A DNA stretch of 64,000 nt, from NCBI RefSeq assembly GCF_039654945.1, contig NW_027361683.1, positions 36,270,001-36,334,000 of the forward strand. The letters are read 5' to 3'. The notes below the pieces were generated by a model. That model saw only the letters and a list, made by a program, of their open reading frames with translations, was not told where the DNA came from and ran no database searches. Below, piece by piece: positions 38,918-52,800 of the stretch. Numbering within the stretch: position 1 is the first letter of the stretch; each line of letters opens with the position of its first letter. The stretch is from Dendrobates tinctorius (taxonomy: Eukaryota). A program made the position numbers and the translations under genes.

Positions 38918-39099
38918 GCACCTTACACAAACATATAAAACATTTACACCCAATTAACAACATAGTGCAACTCTTCCCCCTCCCTCCAGTGTAATCTATA
39001 AGTAGTTCACGGACAAAAGAGTAAAATTGGTTTACAGTAAAACAACTATCTATTGTAGTGCATATATGAAAAGATTTTTGTGGTTACCCGCTCTAAATC

Positions 39100-39622
39100 A
39101 AGCAACGTACAACGGTCCATGTGAAAAACACAGGCTCTCCAAATTAATGCCGGCTTCTTTAAGTGATTAACCTTGTGCTTTGTTTATAGTCATAGCAAAT
39201 GCAAGTCGGATTGGGAACTGCAGACACTTAAAATTGAAGGGCATGTCACTTGGTAGCAAAGGGATACGCAGAATGAAAACATTTGCTCCCTTAGAGTTTC
39301 CCATAAGAATAGAGGCTTCAATAACATTGGGCATGAGACTCTTAATGTACAATCTTGTGCCATTACACATTTTTGGTGGGTCAAGGTTCCGAAGCAAAAT
39401 TATTGTGGCTCCTATTTTTAAAGTGAGCTTATGCGGTGGCATTCCAGGAGGCTCCAAAGAATTCAGGAACTCCAATGGATACATTATGGCTTGTTCATTG
39501 TCCATGACTGGATTACTGGACATATATGTCGTCGCTAGACCAGGCAGCCTTCCCTGAATTAGTAGATTTATGGAGCTGACACTATTATTTTTAGGCGCTT
39601 CTGAACATGTGTCCACAGACAA
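39100..39622 (-). pseudogene. Helitron RepHel Pif1-like helicase C-terminal fragment
   Basis: GMPPHKLTLKIG...LLRNL...CNGTRL...QFPIRLAFAMTINKAQG, followed by FSHGPLYVA after a stop. Confidence 0.88.
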
Positions 39623-40519
39623 GAAGATTTTAGACAGGAATTCAGCTCATCCGCTGGTGTTGCTCTCTTAAGAACAGGTAATGTCTGGCAGAAGCCACCT
39701 GCATAAATTACAAGAGAGCGCGCGTCGTCCTACAATGTCCCCAGCCAATGGCTGGGAGACACTTATTATTGTATATCAGCCCGGCTGCCTGTATATCAGC
39801 CATGCCCGCCTACTTGCCTGTATGTCAGCTGTGCCTCCTGCCTGGATATCAGTCGTACCTGCCTGTCTTTCAGCTGTGCCCGCCTGCACAAGTGCCAGTC
39901 GTGCTCACCTGTACTTGCCGCCTGTGTGTCTGTCGTGCCAGTCACTACACCAGCCGTATCAGCCTGTACTTGCCAAGTCTACCAATCCTGGCCGTTTCTG
40001 CCTCCTGTCCTTGGGGGTCAGCTGCCATCCACCTGAGGTCTGTCCTGGTGTAGCACCTGATCTCGCCTCTCTCATCCCTCCTCGGATCGCGGTGTTGTCA
40101 GCCACCTTGCATCCGAGGTTGAACTTGGTGAGGCACTTAGTTATGCCTCTGCAGGCTTTCCTCAGTTCACAGCACAGTGGTTCCACCACCCAGTCCATTA
40201 CAATTTATTTAATTGCTCTTTATTCATAAATGAATTTTGTTCATTTGTATTATGCTTGTCAATATTGATATTTATTTACCAGCTATGTATGTCTTGTGTC
40301 TCTACTTATTATAAATTTTAATCTCATTTTCAATGAAAATTTTATTCATACACTTTATGTGCCTTGCACTCATTTCGTATAGGTTTTCTCTTCTATGTAT
40401 GTGCATTTTTGGCCCACTTACCTAATTCTCATTATATATATGTAGGTTTTTATAATATAAAAATGGCCAAAATTATAATACCGCTTCAGGTTTTATTGTG
40501 GCCCTTAGAATTGATTTAA

Positions 40520-41272
40520 AGGGAACCTGTCCGGTCCTCTGTGCCCTCCAACCCAGCAGCATTCATGTATGTATTACTAAATTCCCTGCCATCCATTAAT
40601 AATGTTAGTCACTTAAATCCATGTTTAAAAGAGGAATTTAAAACTTTGTTTTTCTTATGCTAACTAGGACATTGACTAGTGGATGGGGTGTTAGTTTCCC
40701 CGGACTAATCGGCCCTCTCCACATGTTATCGTGTCCTCAGCATAATAACATGATTTGCAAGAGTCGGCATCATCACCAGCTCTCTGCAAATCTCGCTTAT
40801 GCGAGGCTCCATTTGGCAGCATCATTATGTCTGTGAAGCCAGGTGTACACTTCCCAGCGTCCTAGGTGGATTTCTCGTGACCAAAACTGCAGAAAATGTG
40901 CGTGAGTCGTCTTCTGCACTTCCGGTCATGCGCAATGCGCTTTTGAAGCCAGGAAGCGTACATCCAGCTTCAGAGACGCAATGACGTGCCAGAGGAAAGT
41001 CACATGCATGCACAAGGTTTACAGAGAGTTGGCAATGACGCCGCCTCTTGCAAATCACATACAAAGAGGGCCGACCAGTCTGGGGAAACATACTGCATGC
41101 CCCATCGACTAGTAAAAGGCCTAATTAGCATAAGAAAACGGAGTTTGTAATTACTTTTTTAAACATGGATTTAAGTGACTAACATTATAAATGGATGGTT
41201 AGGCAGGGAATTTAGTAATACATCAATAAATGCTGCTGGGTTGGAGGTCATGTAGGACCAGACAGGTTACCT
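40520..41272. mobile_element. T2/Kolobok-type palindromic MITE
   Basis: TTAA TSD; termini AGGGAACCTGTC / GACAGGTTACCT; long internal inverted symmetry. Confidence 0.88.
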
Positions 41273-42827
41273 TTAATCTGACAATGTGGTCCTTGGACCA
41301 GAAAAGTTTTTGGACCTCTGCACTAGACGAAGCACAGAATCTTGGGGCATACTGTTTATACATTAAACTTGATAATAGCCCATCATGCTGTAAGCTTCTA
41401 AGCGCCCTTAGTAGCAGCTGCAGGTAGCTCACATTTTATTAATTATAGGGAAAAAGTCAGATTTTTTTCCCCTAAAACAGTGCCACATCTGTCTACAGGT
41501 TGTGTTTGGTTTTGCCGACCAACCTGCTAATAAGGCCGGGTTCAGACGTGCGAATTTCGCTGTCATTATACGGATTGTAACGCCTGGACTAACCATGCAT
41601 TGCCTAACAAAAATGTACAGCCTCATATGTGCCTATGAAGCTATAAGTTCTGTTTAGGGGATCCGCAGTTGGTAAAGACATTGCGATCTGTACTTGAACC
41701 TTGAATCTGTACATGGACCTTGAAGTACTGAAGTCTGAACTTGTGCAACCAGACACAACTCACGGACAGGCTTGGCTCAGTTCCTGGAAGAAAGCAGTTA
41801 GGTTTACAACATCCCAAGGCCTTCCAGAGATGTGTAGGCTCACTGGGTTGATATAAATTTGGCATTGCACTAAACTGAATACTGGAATCTAATGGATTTT
41901 TCAACCTTTATCCTCCAGACAGCGATGTGGACTTAGCAGTAGGTAATCTCCAGGTTCACTTCTATGGGACTGATACAGATATCCATTCTATCTGTTTCAT
42001 AGACACACATGAAGCAGTGGTCATTTTTGCACATTGATTTTCAAATGAGGATGAAGCTCTATGCTATATCTGAAGTCTCTGTCATATCGACTCTATTCTC
42101 CACCAAACGCTGTCCCTTTGTCATGCTGGTGTCTCGCACACCTTCTCAGCACTGCCCTAACTCACTGCATTCATCACTCTGCTTCCCCAGTGTCAGACTA
42201 TCTCCTGGAACTGCTTTGTGTTCACTGTGAGCTCTAGTCCTAGAAAATCTCCACCTGGCTACAGACTGGCGCAGCCAGATCCTACAGGAATTTAACCCTG
42301 CTGTGTTTTGCAGGATTTACCTTCCTCAGCCTATTCCTAGGCAGCAGTGGGTTTATTAGGCAGCTCCTCCCACCACTACTGGCCAGATTGTTGGTTCCAA
42401 TTTACTTGCCTATGGATCATGTGGGTGCTGTCACAGGTTTATCGTGACAGAGAGGGTCTAGAAGACGCATTTTCTGATTTCACGTACTCCTGCACTAATT
42501 AGAAGGACTTCTCCTTCATATTAAACAGTGCAGGTTTCTGTTAGCAGTGCAGGGGTTAAACTGTTCAGATTAGAGCCTCTGAAGCGTTCCTGCTTGGATA
42601 ATCTCTGCTGCTCAGTATTGGCCTCTTCTATATATACTTGCCTCTGGCAATCTGCATTGCCAGTGTTAGTCTTACATTGCCTGGGGTGGAATGGAGGTGT
42701 CAGTTGTTGGTAGAAGAGTTTGGAGTGTTTATCTGTGAATGTTGCTTGGTGTTTTGGCTATGTGCAAAATTCTCATCCTCTCCTATTTGATTCTCCTTCC
42801 TTTTCTCCATGATTCTCCTATCTGTTG

Positions 42828-43656
42828 TCATTTATTCCATGGCGCTTTACATGTGAAAAGGGGTATACATAATAAAAACAAGTACAATAATCTTATACAA
42901 TACAAGTTACTGACTAGTAGAGGAGGAGAGAGGACCCTGCCTGTGAGGGCTCACAGTCTACAAGAGATGGGTGAAGATACACTAGGTGAGGGGTGAGGGT
43001 AGAGCTGGTCGTGCATTGGTATGATGGAATGATGGTTACCGTAGGTTGTAAGCTTGTCAGAAGAGGTGGTTCTTCGGGTTCCTTTCGAAAGTTTCCATAG
43101 TAGGCGAGAGTCTGATATGTTGGGGTAGAGAGTTCTAGAGTAGGGGGGATGCACAGGCGAAATCTAGTATGCGACTGTGGGAAGAGAAGAGAAGAGGAAA
43201 GTAGAGAAGGAGATCTTGTGAGGATAGGAGGTGGCGTGCAAGTAAATACTGGGAGACTAGGTCACAGATATATGGAGGAGACCAGTTATGATTGGCTTTG
43301 TTTGCCATGGTTAGGGTTTTGAACTGGAGTCTCTGGGTAATGGGGAGCCAGTGAAGGGATTGACAGAGAGGAGAGGCTGGGGAATAGTTGAGTGATAGGT
43401 GGATTAATTGGGCAGCAGAGTTTAGGATAGATTGACGGGGTGCTAGACTGTTAGAATGGAAGCCACAAAGCCGCAGGTTGCAGTAGTCGAGGCGGGAGAT
43501 GATGATTGCATGGACTAGAGTTTTTGCATATTCTTGATTTAGGAATGTACGGATCTGGGAAATAATTTTGAGTTGTAGTCATCAGGAAGTGGAAAGGGCA
43601 TGGATATGTGTTTTGAAGGAGAGATCAGAGTCAATAGTTACCCTGAGGCAGCGACC
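42828..43656 (-). mobile_element. 5'-truncated L2 LINE
   Basis: L2-type 3' end; RT C-terminus RCLRVTIDSDLSF on the minus strand. Confidence 0.75.
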
Positions 43657-43679
43657 TTGAGGGACGCCGTCATCTACAC

Positions 43680-46600
43680 CTTGTAGATGATGGCCAGAAA
43701 CAACATGTGCTCCAGTGGATAGCAAGCGCTACATCGAAGTTGCCTCTCCTCCTCTTGTTATAGAGGTGGCACCCCAATTACCCTTGTTTCCTCCAACGTC
43801 ACAACTCTCCAACCGCCCAACTAACTGTGAGAAACCACAAATGCGTGAGTCTGCAGAGCTGTTTACACATTCTTTTCCATGGGCATCAGAGGTCTGCTCC
43901 AAAGATTCACAGACTTAAGAGGAAGAAAGCCTCTGCACCAATGCCCCAAATCTTTTTTCAGTTGTATCCGGTGCCGGACGCAATAGTATCTGAGCAGAAT
44001 CCATACCCTCGTCACCAGACGTTAACCCCCGGAAGGAGGTGATCCTGATGAGACTCAGATACCTGAGGCACATGTGGACTCTACTGTGCTGTCAGGGCAG
44101 GAAGAGGAGGAGGGTGACTCTCAGGGCGAGATGACGATGAGGCTGTAGATCCCACTTGGTGTGAACTCAGAGGCACGCAGCGGAGTAGCTCAGCTGAGGT
44201 CTAGGAGGCGGCTTGCCACATACACGCGGAATGATGCAACCACGACAAGCACTGAATCCTCAGCCATAACTGTGGCTGTGGCCAGCAGCGGTCACGGGTC
44301 TGCAGTTCGCATGGGCAGCAAGGGTTTCCTAACCTGGGCATTTTTGAGACCGAAAAGGATGACCCAACTCTCGTTATCGGCCAACTTTGTAAAAAAAAGA
44401 CTCAGTAGAGGCAAAAATTCCAATAATTTGACTACTACATGCATGAACTAGCACATGCACGATCAACATGTGCTAATCTGGGAATCACACTGTACTAAAA
44501 TGCGGCCTAGCGGGACTCACTAACCATTAACGGCATCTGCTGCTTCTTCCTCCTTCATCACTGTGGCAACTGTTGTCACATAGCTATTTACAGAATCCAG
44601 AGGAGGAAAGCATTTGCACTGATGCCCCAAATTTTTTCATGTTGGTTCTGGGGCCAGATGAAGTAGGATCAGGGCAGAATCCAGACTCTCGTCATCAGCC
44701 GTTATCCACCAATGGTGAAGGTGATCCTGATGAGACTCAAATACCAGAGGTGCACGTGGACTGTACTGTGGTGTAAGGGTAGGAAGAGGAGGAGGGTGAC
44801 TCTCAGGCTGAGGATTGTGAGAACAGAGAGTATGATGATGAGGTTGTAGATCCCACTTGCTGTGAACCCACAGGTACACAGCTGAGTAGCTCAGCAGAAG
44901 AGGAAGATGAGGAGGTTATGTTGCAGCTTCTCACACAGACACAAAATGATGCAACCATGACAAGCACTGCATCCTCAGCCCCAACTCTGGCTGTCGCCAG
45001 CACACATCGCAAGTGTGCAATTTGCAGGGGGCAAGGGTTGCCTAACCTGGGCGTCTTTTGAGACCGCGAAGGATGACCCAACACACGTTATCTGTAAACT
45101 TTGCAAAAAAAAACTCAGTAGAGGCAAAAATTGCAATAATTTTGCGACTACATGCATGAACCGGCATATGCACGAACAACATGCCTTAGTGTGGGAATCT
45201 CACTGTGCTAAAATGCGAACTAGTGGGGTCGCCAACCACCCGCCGTCCTATCAACCCCATCTGCTTCTTCTTCCTCATCCGTAATCATTCCAAGTATTCT
45301 CACACAGCTATCTGGCCGCAGAACCTCCACTTATTTAAGCGCTACAGTCAGGGTGAGTGAGAGAGCCCATCAGCTGGTACGGAAGTGGACATGCCCGCTT
45401 TTGGTGACCGATCTCAGACACCAAGCACATCACATATTTCTCAATGAACTATAACATCTCAACCTGCACCTCATTCACTGTCGAGCAGTTTTTTTGTGTT
45501 CACCGTAATCCACCCTCTCTCAGCACAGCAGCCAGCCCTCGGTCCCGCAGTTACGTAAAAGATTGTTTCCTCCTACAAATGCCAAAGCTAAGAGCTTTAA
45601 CTTCACCATCTCCAATCTGTTTCTGAAAGCTGATGGCCTTTGCAGTCCCCCAGTATCAGTTGCCCTGTCACTATTACTTCTCTAAGAAAGATGTGCCTGC
45701 ACTACACAAGCATAACATAGACATCACCTGTTCCTTGAAAAATTATGGATCTGCCAGGTTGCATTTCACCACTGACACCTGGACGAGTAAGCATGGCCAG
45801 GGGCGTTATATCTCGGTGACTGGGCATTGGGTGACTCTGATTTCCTGTGGGGGCAGGTGGTTAAGGGTGTGGTCCACAAGTCTTGGAATTCCCAAGGCTT
45901 GTAGGGCGCTTGGGGATGGAGAACTTAACCACTACACACCAGAGGATGGAGAACTAAACTACTAGACAACAGGGGTTGGAGAACTAAACTACTAAACACC
46001 TAGGGTTGGATAACTGAACCACTGCACACCAAGGGATGGTGAACTAAACCACTACACACCAGTAGATGAAGAACTAAACTACTAGACAACAGCGGTTGGA
46101 GAACTAAACCACTACACACCAGGGGATGGAGAACTAAACAACTACACACCAAGGGATGGTGAAGTAAACCCCTAGACACCAAGTCTTGGAATTCCCAAAG
46201 CTTGAAGGACAAACCACTGTATCTAACACTTCCTCCGCTGCTTATGCCTCCTCCGCCTCCTCTAGGGCCTCCATCTGCATCTTCAACCTGTCCCTTAATG
46301 AGACACGCATTCCAATAGTGCAGGGAGAATACCCCCACCTCCATACTGTACAGTTAGAGCTCACCGCAATCAGACAGTGTTTAAATGAATATGCCTTGGA
46401 GATCGCATGCACACATCTCAAGAGTTGTGGACAGCTATCCATGGCAAGTTTGAGCAATGGCTGTCTCCACTGAACCTGGAGGCAGAGAAAGGTGTGTGCG
46501 ATAACAGTGCAAATCTAGTGGAAGCCCTACGTCGGGTCAACCTCACACACGTGCTTTACATGGCTCATGTCCTCAACTTGGTGGTACAGCAATTTCAATG

Positions 46601-47220
46601 CCACTATTCTGGCCTGGATGCGCTGCTGCAGAAAGCACGGTTGCTGTGTGCTCACTTGCACCATTCACACCCCACGGGTCATCGAGTTGCATCGCTACAG
46701 AAGCCTTTTGGGCTACCGGTTAACCGCTTGATATGCGATGTGCTGACACGGTGGAATTCCACTCTGCACATGTTGCCATGACTGTGGCAGCAGTGATGAG
46801 CCCTGGTGCAGTATGTCATTTTGCATAGCCTGGGCCAACGCAGTACAGACGTGGTGCAAATCATGCTTGCAGAGTGGGCACAAATGAAGGACCTATGCAT
46901 CCTTCTGTACAGTTTCGAAATGGCTACTAAGATGTTAGCGCTGACGATGCAATCATTAGCATCACTATTCTGGTCATCTACATGCTGGAGAACACTTTGA
47001 ATAATATGCTAGAGGAGGCCTTTGGTGGTCCCAGAGGAAGAGGAGGAAGTAGAGTAGAATGCGGAGGGAATAACAATATTTCTAAGTTCTGGACTGTCGT
47101 TGCACTGGCGGGTGCCATGGGAGGGTGGATTACAGCGATCGATGGGGGCTTATGGTACCAGAAAAACTGTTAGTGAAGGTGTAGGACCCGAGGAACAAAT
47201 GGAGGAACATCTGTTGGCTT
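43680..47220 (+). pseudogene. Decayed hAT (ZBED-like) transposase
   Basis: BED finger W..F...VICKLCKKKLSRG...MNRHM..H (duplicated); HFTTDTWTS, CDNSAN, AHVLNLVV and TRWNST motifs. Confidence 0.85.
45912..46179. repeat. 30-bp minisatellite, ~9 copies
   Basis: Unit ~GGGGATGGAGAACTAAACCACTACACACCA. Confidence 0.9.
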
Positions 47221-48593
47221 GCCTGTAGTGAAAGGGGTGATAGAGCTCCATTATACTATTTCTACTCTGAGGAAATTGATGACACTTTAGTGTTATCCAT
47301 TCCTAATTTTTGGAAATGTTTGGACTCCAAGTTGGGTCTTCTTCATGTGTGTTGCCTGTAGCAGTAGGGATCTCAGACTGGCAGGACTGATCTTACTTTC
47401 AGTCAACCACATGTGTTACTATTTTTATATTTTTTAAACAATAGTAGTTTACAAAGCTGATATTTGTGCTACCTGAGGGTCCCTAAGCAGAAAAGCAGTT
47501 TGAGCTGTTGCATCAGGTATCTGGGCTCCCAGCACAGCAGGCCTAAACGGGTCCCTCACCCACCTCTTAATTTGAACTTAAATGCAAAGCTGTAAATGCT
47601 GGTCCAGATCCTGGCTCATAAATGGCCCATGCCTGACTGCTGCTGTGCCATTATGAAATTTCTAAAGTGGTTCAATTGATGCCACTTTTTCTGATGTCTG
47701 CCCCTAATTTTTGGAAATATCCACAATTCGGGCCTGAAAATACATGGCACTCCCCAACTACTGTATATACCAAAAAGATCAAGGAAGCATAATGCCATAA
47801 AATGTAATTTACTTTATTGAATGACGTATAACAAAGATAGACATAAAAAATAGACATAAAAAGAGATGGATATATCGGTGGATATCACTGGTACAAATGT
47901 GCTAAACGTGTACAGATACACAAAAAATGATATACCTAATAATCCGATGTCGAAGATATCATAACCAAGTGTATCAATAAGAGGTATAAGAAGTATATAA
48001 CGTATGTGCGTTCTTAGGCGACTGGATTGTAAAATGCTATAGTAATATTACTATCAAGAAAGAGAGCTATAGGCATCCATGGCAGTGATATGGCCACCAC
48101 CCAATATATATGACCCAAATGGCCAAAAAGAGCTCTTAGCAGCTAATACATTAATATGGCCAAGTTAAGTGCACGACATTACTATAATACTTTGGACAAA
48201 AATTCATGTCCTAACAGAGAGGTAATGATATATGTATTCACCCCCTGTCACCGCTATGACACTGCATAGACACATATACTATTATAATATAACACTGCTA
48301 TAATTTGGACAACCCAGTCCTAAAAAAGTGCTAATAGTGCAAAATGTAAGTCTGCTGTCACAGCTGTAACATTAAGTAAACGTGCAAAAAGAATAGGCCA
48401 GAATGTTCAATGATTGTAAATGCGCTGTTTTAGGCAATTAGAATGCCAGGTAGCATAAAGTAGTATATACCCACATAGTCATATCACAGACATGGTACAA
48501 GGAATGACACAGAGTGTGCATAGCATATAAGTCCCCATAGAAATGCTGATAAGCCCCCTTAATTAAGAGCACATATGACCTGAGATACCGCGG

Positions 48594-48632
48594 TCCCCGA
48601 CGCGCGTTTCGCCTTAGCTTCGTCCTGGGAGG
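48594..48632 (-). ncRNA. Hammerhead-like motif with variant core (3' pLTR of the minus copy)
   Basis: CTCCC-AGGACGA-AGCTAAGGC-GAAACGCGCGTC-GGGG. Confidence 0.7.
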
Positions 48633-49865
48633 TAAGTGAGTATGGCTGTGGGGTGTATTAGAGTATATATAGCAACATGATTGCAAATCATTCACCGCTG
48701 AGAAATCATCCGGTGCCCGGCGTGTGACGTCATCATGGCGTGCGTCCCCCGGCCGCACAGCCACTCCCCATCATACACGTCATGATGTGGAGACGGCTGA
48801 ATGAGGCCAGGGTGAGCGCGTTGCCACGGCGACGCACCACGCTGCAGGATGACGCTGCAGATAGGTAAGCCACTCCTCCACCCGACGTGTCAGGGAAGAG
48901 AGGCAGGCTTAACCCATCCAACAGACGTATCCGCACAGAGTGTGCACGGTGCTCTGGGAGATGCATAGAGATTAAGGTATGATAAAGTGTCTTGAAATCA
49001 TGTTGCTCAAATGCATCATTTATAAATAAATGATAGACTTAAATAGCGTCCTGTCAGATTATATATACAGAAATACATGTTTCCAAAATTTTCACCATTA
49101 AACCATACAATATACATGGGTGAATATCTATTGATGAGATATAAGGAGAAAATTCTAAAGATTATTAATATAGAGAGAACTGTATGGTTAATAAAGATTT
49201 AGGAAGTTGAGCAGTAATATATATAGCGGCAAAGTTGAAAATTTCAACTGCATACAGTATGAATCACATCGTACACTAGAGAATTGCAATCAAAGGCATA
49301 TGATGTCATGAATTATCCCCCTAATTGTCAACATAACTAGAGCAACATTACACCGTTAAGTAAAAGATGGCCATATGGAGATGTGAAAATGTAACATAAC
49401 GTATCACTACGTATTCCTTCCCTAAATACTTTGTATGGAAATATAGTTATAACCAGGGTGTCAACCATGTGCAAGTCAATTAGCACATGACTATATTGAA
49501 ATTACAAAGGTGAGGACTCCAAAACAGGTAATGTGTGAACCCAAGGACGTACATGAATGTACTAATGAGTGCACACTCTATCTAGACATCAGAGTCCACA
49601 GTATAGACATACAGCAGTCCTGAAAAATAAATCCCACGATGATCACATTCTCTCTTGATTTCCCATGAGTGTCGACCAATAGATATTCGAGTCCCTCCAA
49701 TATCAGATGGGATGTAACAGCTTCTCAATCAGTAGGCTTGGAGGTGTCGTCCTGACCCGATGTCCAAATACACCACACACCAATGTAATACAGAAACTAG
49801 GAATAAAATGAGAATAAAAAATATAAAACAAAGAAAGCCAACCTACACCTTACAACAATAGCATC

Positions 49866-52800
49866 CTACAGAAATGGGGCAAAGCTCAGAACCTCATTGA
49901 GTCCCCTTGGTTGGACCGTTCCCAGCTTGTATATCCATTCGGCTTCTTTTTGAGCTAATATTTTCTTCCAATTTCCACCACGGTGGTCAATATGAACCTT
50001 GTCTATTCCACAGACCTTGAGTAGTTTGGGATTACTCCCATGGACCAATTTAAAATGTCTCGGAACTGATTTGAGAGTTGTGTTATCCTCGGTATCAGAG
50101 GCATTTCTAATGTCCCTAAAGTGCTCCCTAACTCTGATTTTTAAAGGCCTGGAGGTCATGCCAACATATATTTTTTCACATGGACATACAGCATAATATA
50201 CTACACCAATAGAGTTGCAGGTAATGTGCTGCGTGATGTTGTATGTTATGCCACCATCACTGGATTTGAAAGAAGAAGTCTGTTGCATATTAGGACATGC
50301 AATGCATTCCTTACATGGGAAGAAACCCCATTTGGGACCCTTCGACCCAAATGCTCTCTCAGGTTTTAAACCCATATGATAACTGTGCACCAATTTGTCC
50401 CGTAAATTGCTGGACCTCCTATATGTAATCGAGGAATGTTTGGGGACATATTTCGCTAGAGTTCTATCAGTCATGAGGATTGGCCAGTATTTATCTAACG
50501 CCTGTCTCATTTCGTGCCACTTATCATTAAATGAGGAGATAAATCTCACTTTTTGTGTTTCTAGAGGTCTATATTTAGGAACAAGCAGATCTATTCTCTT
50601 CGCCTGATTAGCCTTTCTCATTCCTCTATGGATGCTTCGTCTAGAGTACCCTCTAGACGTGAACCTAGATGTAAGATCCTCTGCTTGTCCCTGATACGCT
50701 TCCTCACTCGAACAAATGCGTTTTGCCCTGAGAAATTGTCCTGTTGGAATCCCTTCCACCAGTGATCTGGGGTGTGAAGAAGTGGCGTGTAAGATAGAGT
50801 TTACCGCCGTTTCTTTGCGGAACATATCGGTATGTAGAAAGCCGTCTGATCCCTTGAAGATTTTAATGTCCAAAAAGTCTATGTCGGACTGGCTATGCTT
50901 ACACGTAAGCCTAACATTAATGGAATTATCATTAAGCATACTGAGGAAATTGAGAAGGTCCTGTTCTGTTCCCTGCCAGATGAGAAGAATGTCATCTATA
51001 TAGCGGGCCCAGAACAGGACCTTCTCAATAAAGGCAACCGGGCGGGTAAAGAACATGTCCCTCTCCCATTTGCCCAGAAATAAGTTGGCATATGATGGGG
51101 CAAACGCTGCCCCCATAGCCGTGCCCTGTTTTTGTAGATAAATAGTTTCCTTGAACATAAAATAATTGTGCTCAAGGGCAAATTTTAATAGTGTCACCAG
51201 AAAATCAACAAACCTCTCTTCATAGTCCGCCATCATTAAATAAGTCTGAGTAGCCCGTATACCATCCTGATGTTGGATGGAGGTGTATAAGGACTCGACG
51301 TCAAGACTAACCAACCACATGTCCTCTTCAAATGGGATGCCTTCGATTTTACGAAGGACATCACTGGTGTCTTTCACATAAGATGGCAAGTCAAAGACCA
51401 AGGGTTTCAAATGGAAGTCCAAATACTTGGACACAATTTCACATAGACTCCCATTGCCCGACACGATTGGTCGTCCAGGTGGGGTAGTACAATCTTTATG
51501 GATTTTTGGTATAAAATATATACATGCCACCTTAGGAAATTCTGGTACAAGGTTGTCTCTAAGTTCCCGATTGATCAGCCCGTCTTCAAAGGCATGTTCC
51601 AAAATTATTTTGATTTCCTGTAGATATGCTGTGGTGGGATTGAAGGTCATTCTCTGATAACATCTCTCATCCCTCAATTGCCTGAATGCCTCCCTCTCGT
51701 ATGCTATAACGGGCCATATCACCACGTTACCCCCTTTATCGGCAGGTTTTATCACCACCTCTTTCATCTTACTAAGTTCTTTAAGTGCTTCCCTCTGAGC
51801 GAACGACAGGTTACCATGTGAGACATGTCTCGAAATCTTTTCAAATTCATTGGTAACTAGCCGTACAAACATTTCAACATTTGAATATAGGTTAAGGGGG
51901 GGAAATTTTTTTGGAACCGGAGGTTTGAACTTACCCTTATTGACAGGTCCTTCATTCTCTTCATTAAGTTCCTCTAAGATGGCAATAGCATCCATTTCTT
52001 TGGGACTCCATGTATCCCCATCATTGCCCTTATCATGTAGTTTTTTAAGTATTAGTTTTCGTGCAAATAAGTGGAGGTCTTTTACCGCTGTAAAACAATT
52101 AAATGGAGCCGTAGGTGAAAAGGAGAGTCCTAAACTTAAAACTTCCATCTGTGATTGAGTCAGCTGGGACTCTGAAAGATTAATTACCTGGAGTCTAGAG
52201 GATGTCAATAAATCCATCCTATTATCCCTCTTTCTATAATGTTCATTCCTTCTTTTATTGGTATTTTTTCTCAGATTATAGACCCGATTGCTGGATCTAA
52301 ATTCATCTTCTCTAGAAGAGATAGAGGATATGGAGGACGATCTAGAAGTCTCCAAGCTGCCCTTGGTATTAGTTTGCCACCTATATATTCGGCCATTTTT
52401 AGAGTCATCAAGATCCCTTCGGAATTTTTTGGCCTTAATGTCTTTTACTTCTTTTTCCCACATGTTCAATTGGGCATCAATTTCCTTATTAAAGGCCTCC
52501 ACCTCTGATCCAGATAGTTTCTCAAGTAATTGAATTCGAATCTGCTCAATCTCTGAATCAATTTTATCTAGACTCTTTTTATTATTACCAATAAGTAATT
52601 CTATGAGGGATCTTGAACATACATTGCAAGCCTCCTCCCACCTTGTACGAAAGGTGGAATCTTCCACAGGGTATGATGGCATGATTTTAACCCTTAGACC
52701 ACGGGGTATGAGATTTCTCGCCAAATAATTCTCTAATGATGCCTTGGTCCACCACATCCTAGTTCTTTTCTTTAATAAAATCTTAATGGAACTCTTGAGG

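Larger units (their letters stand above)
35578..39622 (-). mobile_element. Helitron 3' portion, interrupted by an LTR element
   Basis: Minus-strand 3' end CCGCGAGCGAAGCCGTGG hairpin...CTAG|T; Pif1-like helicase relic upstream. Confidence 0.85.
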
